Shown in pieces: positions 24,231 through 35,924 of a stretch of DNA of 64,000 bases. The stretch comes from Callorhinchus milii. Taxonomy: Eukaryota. The stretch lies in NCBI RefSeq assembly GCF_018977255.1, contig NW_024704742.1:118422001-118486000 (forward strand), in the 5' to 3' direction. Every line of letters starts with the position of its first letter. Position 1 is the first letter of the stretch. The position numbers were made by a program, and so were the translations under genes. A model generated the notes under the pieces. That model had not been told where the DNA came from and did not search any database. It saw only the letters and a list, made by a program, of their open reading frames with translations.

Positions 24231-24770
24231 GTTACAGTTCTGGGCACCACACTATAGGAAGGATGTTAAGGCATTGGAAAGGATGCAGAGGAGATTTACG
24301 AGGATGGTACCAGGAATGAGGGACCTTGATTATGAGGAAAGGCTGGAGAGGCTGGGATTATTCTCATTGGAGCAGAGAAGGTTAAGAGGAGACCTAATAG
24401 AGGTCTTCAAAATCATGAGGGGATTTAATAGGTTAGAAAGGGAAAAACTGTTTCCACTGGTGGGTGTGTCGGTGACTCGAGGTCACAGATTTAAAATAGT
24501 CTCTAAAAGAAGCAGAGGGGAGGTGAGAAGAAAGTTTTTCACGCAGCGAGTTGTTTGAATCTGGAACGCATTGCCTGAAAGGGTGGTCGAGGCCGATTCG
24601 ATAACTACTTTTAAAAACGCGGTGGACAGGTATTTGTGGAGGACGGATTTGCAGGTTATGGGGAAAGGGCTGGGGAGTGGGATTGACATTACATTGCTCT
24701 TTCAAAGAGCCGGCACAGACTCGATGGACCAAATGGCCTCTTTTTGTGCTGTACGATTCTATGATTCTAT
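24231..24770 (+). mobile_element. CR1 LINE 3' fragment
   Basis: QRRFTRMVPGMRDLDYEERLERLGLFSLEQRRLRGDLIEVFK...FFTQRVV; attctatg tail. Confidence 0.92.
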
Positions 24771-26059
24771 ATTGGCCTGAAGTAATTATAACACTCATCA
24801 TTCCCATCGCTGCTTTTCTGTGAGAAGGAATGTCCATTCTAAACCTCTGCTGAATTGGGAACATATATATTTGCAGAATTATGGGTCTGAAACAATATTT
24901 AAATTGCACTGGCTTCCCACTATGTTATGCCACCAAATGTCTCCCTGCCATTTCATGGAAAGGACGTGCTAATTTAACAATAGTGCTAATTTTCTGCTGC
25001 AGTATTAGCATCTCGCAGCAACTGGATTTTAGCGTGATTACACACCCCACCATTTCCTTTTCTGTGCCCTGAGGGGTGTTCCTGCATAGACCTAATGTAT
25101 TCTAGATACATTAGATTTCACTGAAATAGACGGATGCTGATGAGGAACCATCATAAGATGTAGGCATCATTTGTGTTGTGATCATCTCTTTGTGAAAAAC
25201 GAAGGCTATCAGGAATTTTTCTGAAAACATTTTCCTGTTTTAATTCTCTATACATTGCTGAGTTTTGGAGTAATGAGGAAATCAATCAGCAATCAAATTG
25301 TTAGTGTTTTGGGCACGACGCTTATTTAGAAGTGATTGGTGGGCTGGGGGGTTGTCCTTATAAGATTGGGAGACAGGAAGAACAAAAGATTATGGAATGT
25401 TAATTCAAACAAGGGATAACAAAGCAATAATAATAATAATAATCCTTGCATTTGATATAGCGCTTTTCACGTCTTCTAGACGTCCCAAAGCGCTTCAAAG
25501 AATATACTGTAAAGTGAATTGACTGCATATTTGTGGGCGAACACGGCAGCCGATTACGCACAGCAATGTCCCACAAACAGTCGTGGATTGAAAATGACCA
25601 ATTTATTATCGTTTTGTTTTTTTGGAGGGATTATTATTAGACGTGAAGCAAAGCAGTGAAGTAGGGAAATGGAGGCATTACCTAACATTTGAGGATATTA
25701 AAGTCAATGTACATGCAAAGCCGGAAAAGAGATATCTATCACATCTATTATAATCTCACAGATTCCTATTAATGCTGTACTTGGAATATTATTCTTTCTA
25801 CTACAAAGACTCCATTCCTTTTTCTTAGTTTCTTCATTTATGCTGCATGCACTCTTATGACTCAATTTTTTGTACCAGTACTTTTGAAAAGGTTTTCTAC
25901 CAAAGAGGGCATTTATTCTCATTTGTGAACAAGAAGGTCCTAATAAGGCCCAACGTATTTCCTGCGTCTCCACCTTCACTGCTTTCTACTCACGCAACAA
26001 TGATAGTCACTCTTTCCTCACCTTTCATTTCACCAGCTTACAATTCATCAGATAGCCTT

Positions 26060-27130
26060 TTATTATCGACAGCATGATTCCAGCACAGACTCACCTCTAA
26101 AGATACCCATCTTCACTCCTCCATCATCCCACCACCAGCTGTCCTTTTCCCAAGGCAGTTTTACTACAAATGAGGTAGGTGTAACACTCCCATAACACTG
26201 CTTGTGACCCAATCACCCTTCCATGTAAGATACACCTCCTCCAATCTTGTCTTGTATTTGTTACATACAATATAATAATCCTTGCATTTGATATAGCGCC
26301 TTATCACATCTTCTATACATCTCAAAGCACGTCACAGTAAAGTGTCAAGTGCTTACTGTAAAGTGAATTGACTGTATATTTTGTGGGCATGGATTGAGTG
26401 ACCAAATAATTTTTATTTATTTTGAAGAAATTATTACACCCAGAAAAAACGGTTCGCCAATCGACTAATAACTGGGTTCCTACTTACTGCTAGGTAAACG
26501 GGCATGTAGATTAAGGATCTTGCCCAGTGTTTTGCCCGACTGGGAATCAAACTCAGGTCCTCTTCCTTCTGAGGCGAGTGCTCTAACCACTAAGCACAGG
26601 ACTCCACAAGTGGAATCTCCTCCATGTCAGTGAGATCCTTGTTGAACATGTCCATTGACATAACCCTGAATACCCCATGGCTCGGCATTTAAACTCTCCC
26701 ACCCACACTCTGATTTCTTTGCTTGACCTCCTTCACCAATCCAAGCAAAATGAACACAAACTGCACTAGAAGCACCTAACCTCATTCTTAAGAAAGCTTT
26801 AATCTCATCCATTTTTTTCGATGTTATCCTCATGGTTTCTCCATTTGTTTTAGCCCCTCAATGCTTCCCATATACTTTTTCTTTTTATTCCTTCTGCCTC
26901 CCATTAATATCATTCCATAATCTGTTAATGGCCCACCAAACTGCGTCCTGATTAATCATCTTTCACATTTGTTTTAAGTATGAACTCACTTCCCATCTTA
27001 CAGACTTGTTTAGAGACACCACATTTCCCCTGTGTCAGTTTCGATGAGGGAACATGCCTAAAATGTTAACCTAACTTCCTTGCTTCAAATATGATTGGTA
27101 TGCTGTGAATTTCCAGTATTTCTTTTTTTT
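26060..27130 (+). mobile_element. Decayed Penelope-like element (GIY-YIG region plus terminal repeat), split by a SINE
   Basis: Broken translation TSSNLV.C/ LLHVSE / EHV..NPEYPMARHLNSPTH resembles the PLE endonuclease (TSSNLVYCI, LLYIGET, PVARHFNS); 27040-27125 resembles the shark PLE terminus with a degenerate hammerhead core. Confidence 0.6.
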
Positions 27131-28852
27131 AAATCGCTGAATTTTAGCAACAGCAGTTCTTAATTTTTATTATGTTTTACTAAACACTTTTGCATTGAGG
27201 AACAGTTATCTTTTGAGGAAATAACCAAATGATGCACTTTTCACTCCTTGCTGCCGTTTTTATTTGCAATGATTATGTCTCTGTCATATGATGTCAATAG
27301 AAATTTAGATTATAAATGAATACACATGCAACTCTGTACATAAAAAATTGAACAAATAACATTTCCTGATCATAATACAGTGCATTCCTTTTCATTGTAA
27401 GAGTAATTATCCTGAATTAATATATATGTTTTGTACAATTAAGAGTAGCACACATAACATATATTACAGTAGAAAATTAAATTTATTTTTAAATATTTAC
27501 AAAAATAAGGCAATTACTGACATGTTCAGCAATAAATAAACTAGTGTTTATAATAGATAGAACTGGGGTAAAAACATACTGCAGAACTATTCACTGATTG
27601 TAAACATTGCAAAACTGCACAAATAATGTCTTACATTGTGCACATAACAGAATAGCTGCCTAGAAATAAATGGGAAATGTCTAAAGAACCTATACATTTA
27701 CAACATAGTTATGCAGTAGTACACTGTGTTAATAAAATAAACTATATACAAGAGAGTGAATATCCTTATAATATTTAAAAGCTATGATATTCCCCTGTCT
27801 CAGTCAGTAAAATATCCCGATATCATTGCTTGTCAATCACGTGGAACAATATCACTGCTTGTGGTTCCATCGTGGAAGCCTGTTGTCTGTTGCTGTCCCC
27901 ATGAAACCCCCTCCAGAAGAAAAATGAAATACAAACATATTAAAGTTAACAGACAACAGTACAAAAATACTATGGTTCCATATATTATAAAGCTTAAGAC
28001 TCTAAAGTGTCTTGAAGCATATCTTAGAGTTCAGCTGACATTAATCATTAATAAACCATTAAGTTCAATAACCTGATCTCAACTCAATAAGTTACTGCCT
28101 TCCAGGCAGAATGTTATGTCCTACGTAATATTCTACAGAATACGTTCCCTTGTATCAATGGCTATTTCCTATCTTTGTGATACGAGGGAGGAAGTTTTTG
28201 ACCCCATGTTTGGATTGTGCACTCTTTTTGTCAACACCATTTGTACTCAATTGCTGCTGATCTCCATGCCAGGACCCTGACTGGCAATGGTTTAGTTTCG
28301 GGAAGAGAATGGTAAACGTACTGATAATTAAAGTCGAGGGCAAACATTGGTCACATTTCTGTGATATTCTCTTGAAAGTAAGGGTCCGATGATTTCGTTC
28401 AGTTTCAGTCCTTGTGGTTTATGGTGTTACCAAAACCGCTTTGATTTTTTACGCATTCCCAGCCATCATTCCAGATTAGAGCTTCTCAGAATTTTTAAAA
28501 TAGAACCCTATCTGTACCATTGCTATCATTCTCACAACACTATAGGGAATACAGCAATGTACTGCAAGAGGCAGATTATATTGAAGAGCAAAATGCATTT
28601 TATAGATAAATACTAGGGGCATCTCTAAATTGAGAATGTTTGTAACTTATGTTAACTGAACCACTCTACTGAGTAAGACGCTATCCTGCATGAAAAATGC
28701 TGTATGATGCAAATTGTTGTTGGTGGTGTTATATTACTGCAAGAAATATATTTGATGTTGGTATCCTGAAAATGAAATAAGTGTGGGAAAAGAGAAGGGA
28801 AAATATTGAAAGTTCATTTTTCATGGAAAATTAACAAATAATCTTTGCTTAC

Positions 28853-29030
28853 TGCATGCCACGTAGAGCCAGCTGTTAGCTCAGACTTCTCCAGCAAAAC
28901 AACATCTTTCATTCCGGCCTTGGCAAGATGATAAGCCAGACTCACTCCGACACACCCGCCTCCAATAATCAGCGTCTCTGCGGTATCTTTCCATCTTTTC
29001 TTAAGGGATGAAGGCTGTTTATTTTCTTTT
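28853..29030 (-). CDS. DMGDH: Dimethylglycine dehydrogenase exon 2 (FAD-binding GxGxxG, covalent-FAD His)
   Basis: ctag acceptor; [59 protein letters not shown]; gtaag donor. Confidence 0.97.
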
Positions 29031-29147
29031 CTAGTGTAAAAGAGAAATCCATTTATTTCAGTGTTTGCTTTTTAAATGTGCAGATTCAATTGCATAATTG
29101 CTTTGTGCAGAATTGTCACATGAAAAAATACATAATATTGGGAGATA

Positions 29148-29465
29148 ATAATAATAATAATCCTTGCATTTGATATAGCGCTTTTCACGTCGGGAGGACG
29201 TCCCAAAGTGCTTCACAGAACACACTGTAAAGTGAATTGACTGTATATTTGTGGGCGAACGCGGCAGCCAATTGCGCACAGCAATGTCCCACAAACAGTC
29301 GTAGATTGAAAATGACCAATTTATTATTATTTTTGTTTTGGAGGGATTATTATTAGGCGTGTGGAGTAAGGAAACTTGCCCAAGGTTTCGCCCTCTGCCT
29401 GGAATTGAACTCAGGTCTCTCACTTGCAAAGCGAGCGCTCTAACCACTGAGCTACAGGACTCCAC
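29148..29465 (-). mobile_element. tRNA-Ala(TGC)-derived SINE, full length, young
   Basis: Head gtggagtcctgtagctcagtggttagagcgctcgctttgcaag with A/B boxes; L2-like tail gggacgtcctcccgacgtgaaaagcgctata then (att)n. Confidence 0.92.
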
Positions 29466-29980
29466 GGGTCCTCTCTAATTGTCAGAAGTGATAGTACATA
29501 GTACTGTCCTTAAAAGCATTTTGTTATGAGGGCAAGGTCATAGAAAGCTATCAGAGGCTGAAATCAATGTTTACCTCTGACTCAACCAATATTGAAGTCA
29601 ACAAGAGATGAGCAAAGTCGATTCCCCCAAAGATGCAGCACCAATTTGCACCAGAAGAGAGTTTTGTAAATGCTGGTCAGATTGCAATGGAGTTACCAGA
29701 CATGATAATTATCTAAACCCAGCGATTTCCATACAGAATAATGGATGGCATTCAGTTTTTACGCACCGTTATCTGCCTAAAATAGAACCTAATATTCTAA
29801 AATGCTTGTCATTGTTGGGTTGGGGAACCTCAATAAAGTCAAAGTTGCTTCTGTGATGATAGTATTTTCATAAGGTAAGGTTAGTATTTGTGTTATCCAA
29901 GGGAACAGTTGGGAGATGCAAAGTACGAAATGTCTAACACTGAAGCTGTAGCCAAGTACAGCTATGGGAGGGTTAACCTG

Positions 29981-30410
29981 GAACATAAGAACATAAAAAT
30001 CGCTAGACGAAAAAAGTCCGAGGTCCATCTAGTTCGCCTTCCACCTTCCTGGCCGTCGCATGCACGTATGTCCCAAACTCCCTATGTTCTCGATCCCATA
30101 ATGTTATTTCCTATAAGAAAACTATCTAATCTGTGTTTGAAAGAATCAGCACTTCCTGCTTCAACCGTCTTCCACAGGTTCACTGTTCGCTCACTGAAAT
30201 AGCGTTTGCGTAGATTCATTCTGAATTTACCCCCTTTCAGGACAAGTTGAAACAGCTCGTCACGATCTAAATCGTCGAGCCCCTTCAGAACCTTAAAAAC
30301 AGCGATCATGTCGCCTCTCAATCCTCTCTTTTCCAGCGTGAAATGTGCCCAATTTACTTAGTGGCTCCTCGTCATCCAGTCCCTCCATTCCCTCAATCAT
30401 TTCGGTTGCC
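29981..30410 (-). mobile_element. CR1 LINE 3' fragment in DMGDH intron 1
   Basis: RGDMIAVFKVLKGLD...YFSERTVNLW; tail ttatgttcttatgttc on the minus strand. Confidence 0.85.
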
Positions 30411-30774
30411 CTGCGGCCAAAAAGGAAATTGGGAACCGACCACAAGCAGATTACTCCGGAGGGGACTGGAGACGAGTGGCTTTCAGGCTGCACTCTCTGT
30501 CCCTCAGGGGAACTAGTTTGCATTGGGCTTTTCCACCCAGGAACCCCGCTGAGAGGGTGGGAAGCACATGGTGCAGCTTGTGCTCGGGGAGGGGGCTCGA
30601 GGCTGGAGCTCCATCGCCGCTACAGGGACATTTTGTAGACAAAGTTGCAAAGTAACAACAGGAGAAGGAAACGCGATCCCCCAACAGCTCAGTCAGTCAG
30701 TCAGTCAGTCACAGCCGCACAGAACAGCAAAGTTTGTGGCTGTCAAAAGCGGCTCCGTTTACAGCAGCAAATCC

Positions 30775-31198
30775 AGGGGGGCAGTGAGGGGGGGGCAGTG
30801 AGGGGGGGGTGTGGGGGACAGTGAGGGGGGTGTGTGGGGGTGAGGGGGGGTGTGGGGGGGGCTGTGAGGAGGGGGGTTGTGGGGGGCTGTGGGGGGAGCG
30901 CAGTGAGGGGGGGGTGGTGGGGCAGTGAGGGGGGGGTGTGGGGGGCAGTGAGGGGGGGTGGGGGTGAGGGGGGGCAGTGAGGGGGGGGTGAGGGGGGGGT
31001 GTGGGGGGGCAGTGAGGGGGGTGTGTGGGGGGGGCAGTGAGGAGGGGGGGTGGGGGGTGAGGGGGGGCAGTGAGGGGGGGTGAGGGGGGGGGTGTGGGGG
31101 GCAGTGAGGGGGTGTGTGGGGGGGCAGTGAGGGGGGGGTGGGGGGGCAGTGAGGGGGGGGTGTGGGGTGAGGGGTGGGGGTGTGGGGGTGAGGGGGTT
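30775..31198 (+). repeat. G-rich minisatellite (ggggcagtgagggg-type unit), G-quadruplex prone, in DMGDH intron 1
   Basis: Repeated gggggcagtgaggggggg(tgtg) units with long G runs; its right end lies about 15 bp from the exon 1 donor. Confidence 0.9.
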
Positions 31199-31212
31199 AG
31201 TAAAGCACTCAC

Positions 31213-31343
31213 CCCTCAGGCGGTTTGGTGGGAGAGGAGGCGCTGCTCAGGGGTCGCGGAGGGGCGGTTGACAGACCCGTCAGTGCAGCCACACGTCGTC
31301 CGGGGAAACAGCGATGTAACAGCCTGAGCAGCGGCGGCGACAT
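31213..31343 (-). CDS. DMGDH: Dimethylglycine dehydrogenase exon 1 (start codon, mitochondrial transit peptide)
   Basis: ATG at 31343 reads MSPPLLRLLHRCFPGRRVAALTGLSTAPPRPLSSASSPTKPPEG (Arg/Leu/Ser-rich, acid-poor); ends GG|gtgagt; 131 nt, phase 2, in frame with exon 2; lies in a CpG island. Confidence 0.85.
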
Positions 31344-31775
31344 GTCCGGGCCCGGGACCGGGGGTCCCACACACAGTGCCGGGGGGTGGGGGGTGGGGGG
31401 GGGGTGTGGGTGAGGGCTTTAATGATCTTATTTTTTTTAAAATGTTTCTTTCCTGCAAGAAACCCCCAACACCACCACCACCACCACCAGCCGCCGCCGC
31501 CGCCGCTCCCCCTCCCTCCAGTTGTCGTGTGTCTGTGTCTCTCGAGGTCATTCCCCCCCAACGCCAACCCCAACCCCGAGGGAGGAGGGGGGGAGGAGGG
31601 GGAAGGCCCAATGGGGAGGAGGAGGCGGATCCCCCCCTCACAATGTCTCTATAAAAACCTGGTGTACAGCACCTGCTCCTCGGAGGGAAGAAGGAGAAGA
31701 ACGACGACGTTGATTTGTCTGCGGCCCCAACGAACCCCCCCCGAGAGCCGCCAAATAAACCCCCCGACAGCCACA
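31344..31775. promoter_or_regulatory. Shared divergent promoter region of DMGDH and BHMT (CpG island)
   Basis: 432 bp between the ATGs; BHMT side has CCAAT 31608-31612 and TATAAAAA 31650-31657; AGGTCA half-site 31545-31550; G runs and (CAC)n(CGC)n; no TATA seen on the DMGDH side. Confidence 0.8.
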
Positions 31776-31817
31776 ATGCCTCCCGTGGGAGCCACCGGCA
31801 AGAGCGCCGCCAAGAGG
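31776..31817 (+). CDS. BHMT: Betaine--homocysteine S-methyltransferase exon 1
   Basis: ccacaATG; MPPVGATGKSAAKR (compare mammalian MPPVGGKKAKK); AGG|gtaatt donor, phase 0; about 120 nt downstream of a TATA box. Confidence 0.92.
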
Positions 31818-32052
31818 GTAATTATTTCTTGTCTACTGTATATATTATATATTATATATATTATATATATATACACAGAGAGGGACACAGGTGGAGAGGG
31901 GATTTATTGGGGGGGGGGGGTTTCCCGCTTATTTTTTTGTCCGAAATTTCTCTTTTTTTTTTCTCTCTCTTCTTCTTCTTCTTTTCCCCTCAAAACAAAA
32001 GTCGCGACTTTAAACTGTGAGTCACACCGAGAGGGACGCAATCGGAGCCCTT

Positions 32053-33840
32053 CGGCATCTCAGGGCTTCTCGGGGTGTCTCAGGGCGTCTCAGGGCATCT
32101 CAGGCTGGGCATCTCAGGCTGGGCATCTCAGGCTGGGCATCTCAGGGCATCTCAGGCTGGGCATCTCAGGCTGGGCATCTCATGGTATCTCAGGCTGGGC
32201 ATCTCAGGCTGGGCATCTCAGGGCATCTCAGGCTGGGCATCTCAGGCTGGGCATCTCATGGTATCTCAGGCTGGGCATCTCAGGCTGGGCATCTCAGGGT
32301 ATCTCAGGCTGGGCATCTCAGGCTGGTATCTCAGGGCATCTCAGGCTGGGCATCTCAGGCTGGGCATCTCATGGTATCTCAGGCTGGGCATCTCAGGCTG
32401 GGCATCTCAGGGTATCTCAGGCTGGGTATCTCAGGCTGGTATCTCAGGCTGGTATCTCAGGGTATCTCAGGCAGGGCATCTCAGGGTATCTCAGGCTGGG
32501 CATCTCAGGCTGGTATCTCAGGGTATCTCAGGCAGGGCATCTCAGGGTATCTCAGGCTGGTATCTCAGGGTATCTCAGGCTGGGCATCTCAGGCTGGTAT
32601 CTCAGGGTATCTCAGGCAGGGCATCTCAGGGTATCTCAGGCTGGTATCTCAGGGTATCTCAGGCTGGTATCTCAGGCAGGGCATCTCAGGGTATCTCAGG
32701 CTGGTATCTCAGGGTATCTCAGGCTGGTATCTCAGGCTGGTATCTCAGGCTGGGCATCTCAGGGTATCTCAGGCTGGGCATCTCAGGGTATCTCAGGCTG
32801 GTATCTCAGGGTATCTCAGGCTGGGTATCTCAGGCTGGGCATCTCATGGTATCTCAGGCTGGGTATCTCAGGCTGGGTATCTCAGGCTGGGCATCTCATG
32901 GTATCTCAGGCTGGTATCTCAGGCTGGTATCTCAGGCTGGTATCTCAGGGTATCTCAGGCTGGGCATCTCATGGTATCTCAGGCTGGTATCTCAGGGTAT
33001 CTCAGGCTGGTATCTCAGGCTGGGCATCTCATGGTATCTCAGGCTGGTATCTCAGGGTATCTCAGGCTGGGCATCTCATGGTATCTCAGGCTGGTATCTC
33101 AGGGTATCTCAGGCTGGGCATCTCATGGTATCTCAGGCTGGGCATCTCATGGTATCTCAGGCTGGTATCTCAGGCTGGTATCTCAGGCTGGGCATCTCAT
33201 GGTATCTCAGGCTGGTATCTCAGGCTGGTATCTCAGGCTGGGCATCTCATGGTATCTCAGGCTGGGCATCTCATGGTATCTCAGGCTGGTATCTCAGGCT
33301 GGTATCTCAGGCTGGTATCTCATGGTATCTCAGGGTATCTCAGGCTGGTATCTCAGGCTGGTATCTCAGGCTGGTATCTCAGGGTATCTCAGGCTGGGCA
33401 TCTCATGGTATCTCAGGCTGGGCATCTCATGGTATCTCAGGCTGGTATCTCAGGGTATCTCAGGCTGGTATCTCATGGTATCTCAGGGTATCTCAGGCTG
33501 GGCATCTCATGGTATCTCAGGCTGGTATCTCAGGCTGGTATCTCAGGGTATCTCAGGGTATCTCAGGCTGGTATCTCATGGTATCTCAGGGTATCTCAGG
33601 CTGGTATCTCATGGTATCTCAGGGTATCTCAGGCTGGGCATCTCATGGTATCTCAGGCTGGTATCTCATGGTATCTCAGGGTATCTCAGGCTGGGCATCT
33701 CATGGTATCTCAGGCTGGTATCTCAGGGTATCTCAGGCTGGTATCTCAGGCTGGTATCTCAGGCTGGTATCTCATGGTATCTCATGGTATCTCAGGGTAT
33801 CTCATGGTATCTCAGGGTATCTCAGGGTATCTCAGGCTGG
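32053..33840 (+). repeat. Minisatellite A (10/13/14-bp variant units, ATCTCA core)
   Basis: Units ctcaggctgggcat, ctcagggtat, ctcatggtat, ctcaggctggtat, ctcaggcagggcat. Confidence 0.97.
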
Positions 33841-34034
33841 TAAGGCTGGTACTGAGTTGTAATGGATGTGTTGTATTTTGCGCGAGGATTTATTGGTATG
33901 ACGGCATTTTGGCAAATCTCCGGGTTGATAGCCGTGACGGGGGGTTTCTGTGTATTGTTTTACATATTTAATTATTTTCAACGGAAGGGAAACCTCCCGC
34001 ACTCCCCGCCTCACCAGTTGCTGGACATGCTGTC

Positions 34035-34420
34035 CGGGGCAGGGGGCGGCCGGGCCGGGCGGGGGGCGGGTGGTGCCGGGCAGGGCAGGGGCCGGCCGGG
34101 CCGGGCAGGGGCGGGTGGTGCCGGGCAGGGCAGGGCAGGGGCCGGGCGGGGCAGGGCAGGGGGCGGCCGGGCCGGGCAGGGGGCGGGTGGTGCCGGGCCG
34201 GGCAGGGCAGGGGGCGGGCGGGGCAGGGGGCGGGTGGTGCCGGGCCGGGCAGGGCAGGGGGCGGGCGGGGCAGGGGGCGGGTGGTGCCGGGCGGGGCAGG
34301 GGCAGGGGGCGGCCGGGCGGGGCAGGGGGCGGCCGGGCAGGTTGTTGCTGGGTGGGGCACTTTATTGCTGGGCATGCCCGGGTGGTGCCGGGCAGGGCAG
34401 GGCAGGGCAGGGGTGGCCGA
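34035..34420 (+). repeat. GC-rich G4-type repeat (gggca / ggccg / gggtggtgcc)
   Basis: Dense GGG triplets spaced by 1-3 nt. Confidence 0.9.
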
Positions 34421-34470
34421 GCTGGGCAGTGTATGTGTGTGTTATTCTCTCCGGAGTTCACACCAACTCT

Positions 34471-35794
34471 CTCAGGGTATCTCAGGCTGGGCACCCTCAG
34501 GCTGGGCACCCTCAGGCTGGGCACCCTCAGGCTGGGCACCCTCAGGCTGGGTACCCTCAGGCTGGGCACCCTCAGGCTGGGCACCCTCAGGCTGGGCACC
34601 CTCAGGCTGGGTATCTCAGGCTGGGTACCCTCAGGCTGGGTACCCTCAGGCTGGGCACCCTCAGGCTGGGCACCCTCAGGCTGGGTACCCTCAGGCTGGG
34701 CACCCTCAGGCTGGGCACCCTCAGGCTGGGCACCCTCAGGCTGGGTACCCTCAGGCTGGGTATCTCAGGCTGGGCACCCTCAGGCTGGGTATCTCAGGCT
34801 GGGTACCCTCAGGCTGGGTATCTCAGGCTGGGTACCCTCAGGCTGGGTACCCTCAGGCTGGGTACCCTCAGGCTGGGTATCTCAGGCTGGGTACCTCAGG
34901 CTGGGCACCCTCAGGCTGGGTATCTCAGGCTGGGTACCTCAGGCTGGGCACCCTCAGGCTGGGTATCTCAGGCTGGGTACCTCAGGCTGGGCACCCTCAG
35001 GCTGGGTACCCTCAGGCTGGGTATCTCAGGCTGGGTACCCTCAGGCTGGGCACCCTCAGGCTGGGTATCTCAGGCTGGGTACCTCAGGCTGGGCACCCTC
35101 AGGCTGGGTATCTCAGGCTGGGTACCCTCAGGCTGGGCACCCTCAGGCTGGGTATCTCAGGCTGGGCACCCTCAGGCTGGGTACCCTCAGGCTGGGTATC
35201 TCAGGCTGGGTATCTCAGGCTGGGCACCCTCAGGCTGGGCACCCTCAGGCTGGGCACCCTCAGGCTGGGCACCCTCAGGCTGGGTACCCTCAGGCTGGGT
35301 ACCCTCAGGCTGGGCACCCTCAGGCTGGGTACCCTCAGGCTGGGTACCCTCAGGCTGGGTACCCTCAGGCTGGGTACCCTCAGGCTGGGTACCCTCAGGC
35401 TGGGTACCCTCAGGCTGGGTACCCTCGGGCTGGGTACCCTCGGGCTGGGCACCCTCGGGCTGGGTATCTCAGGCTGGGTACCCTCAGGCTGGGCACCCTC
35501 AGGCTGGGCACCCTCAGGCTGGGTACCCTCAGGCTGGGCACCCTCAGGCTGGGTACCCTCAGGTTGGGTATCTCAGGCTGCGTACCCTCAGGCTGGGCAC
35601 CCTCAGGCTGGGCACCCTCAGGCTGGGTACCCTCAGGCTGGGTACCCTCAGGCTGGGCACCCTCAGGCTGGGCACCCTCAGGTTGGGTATCTCAGGCTGC
35701 GTACCCTCAGGCTGGGCACCCTCAGGCTGGGTACCCTCAGGTTGGGCACCCTCAGGCTGGGCACCCTCAGGCTGGGCACCCTCAGGTTGGGTAT
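34471..35794 (+). repeat. Minisatellite B (15-bp ctcaggctgggYacc plus 14-bp variants)
   Basis: Directly visible tandem units; shares ctcaggctggg with minisatellite A. Confidence 0.97.
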
Positions 35795-35924
35795 AAATTG
35801 AAAATAATTTTAAATAATTAAATATATAAAACAATACACAAGAAACTCTCTGGTGTGAGGAGCATCACTGGTTGATCTCCATCATCTCCATCTCATCTTC
35901 ACTTACATTCGGACTACCCCTGAG

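Noticed and set aside
25704..25979. 91-aa minus-strand ORF in DMGDH intron 2
   Set aside because: Non-ATG start, no recognisable domain or splice context
27035..27075. Active hammerhead ribozyme at the Penelope terminus
   Set aside because: Core is mutated (tcgatga, taaaat instead of ctgatga, gaaac)
30709..31212. Proline-rich 167-aa ORF (and the Leu/Ser-rich ORF at 35872-36672)
   Set aside because: Translations of low-complexity repeats
32053..35794. CRISPR-like array
   Set aside because: Units are tandem with no unique spacers; eukaryotic intron; no cas genes
31386..35821. Long ORFs of 500-860 aa (ISGWASQAG, LRLGT and PQAGH repeats)
   Set aside because: They arise because the minisatellite units lack plus-strand stop codons in every frame; they lie in BHMT intron 1 and show no frame preference
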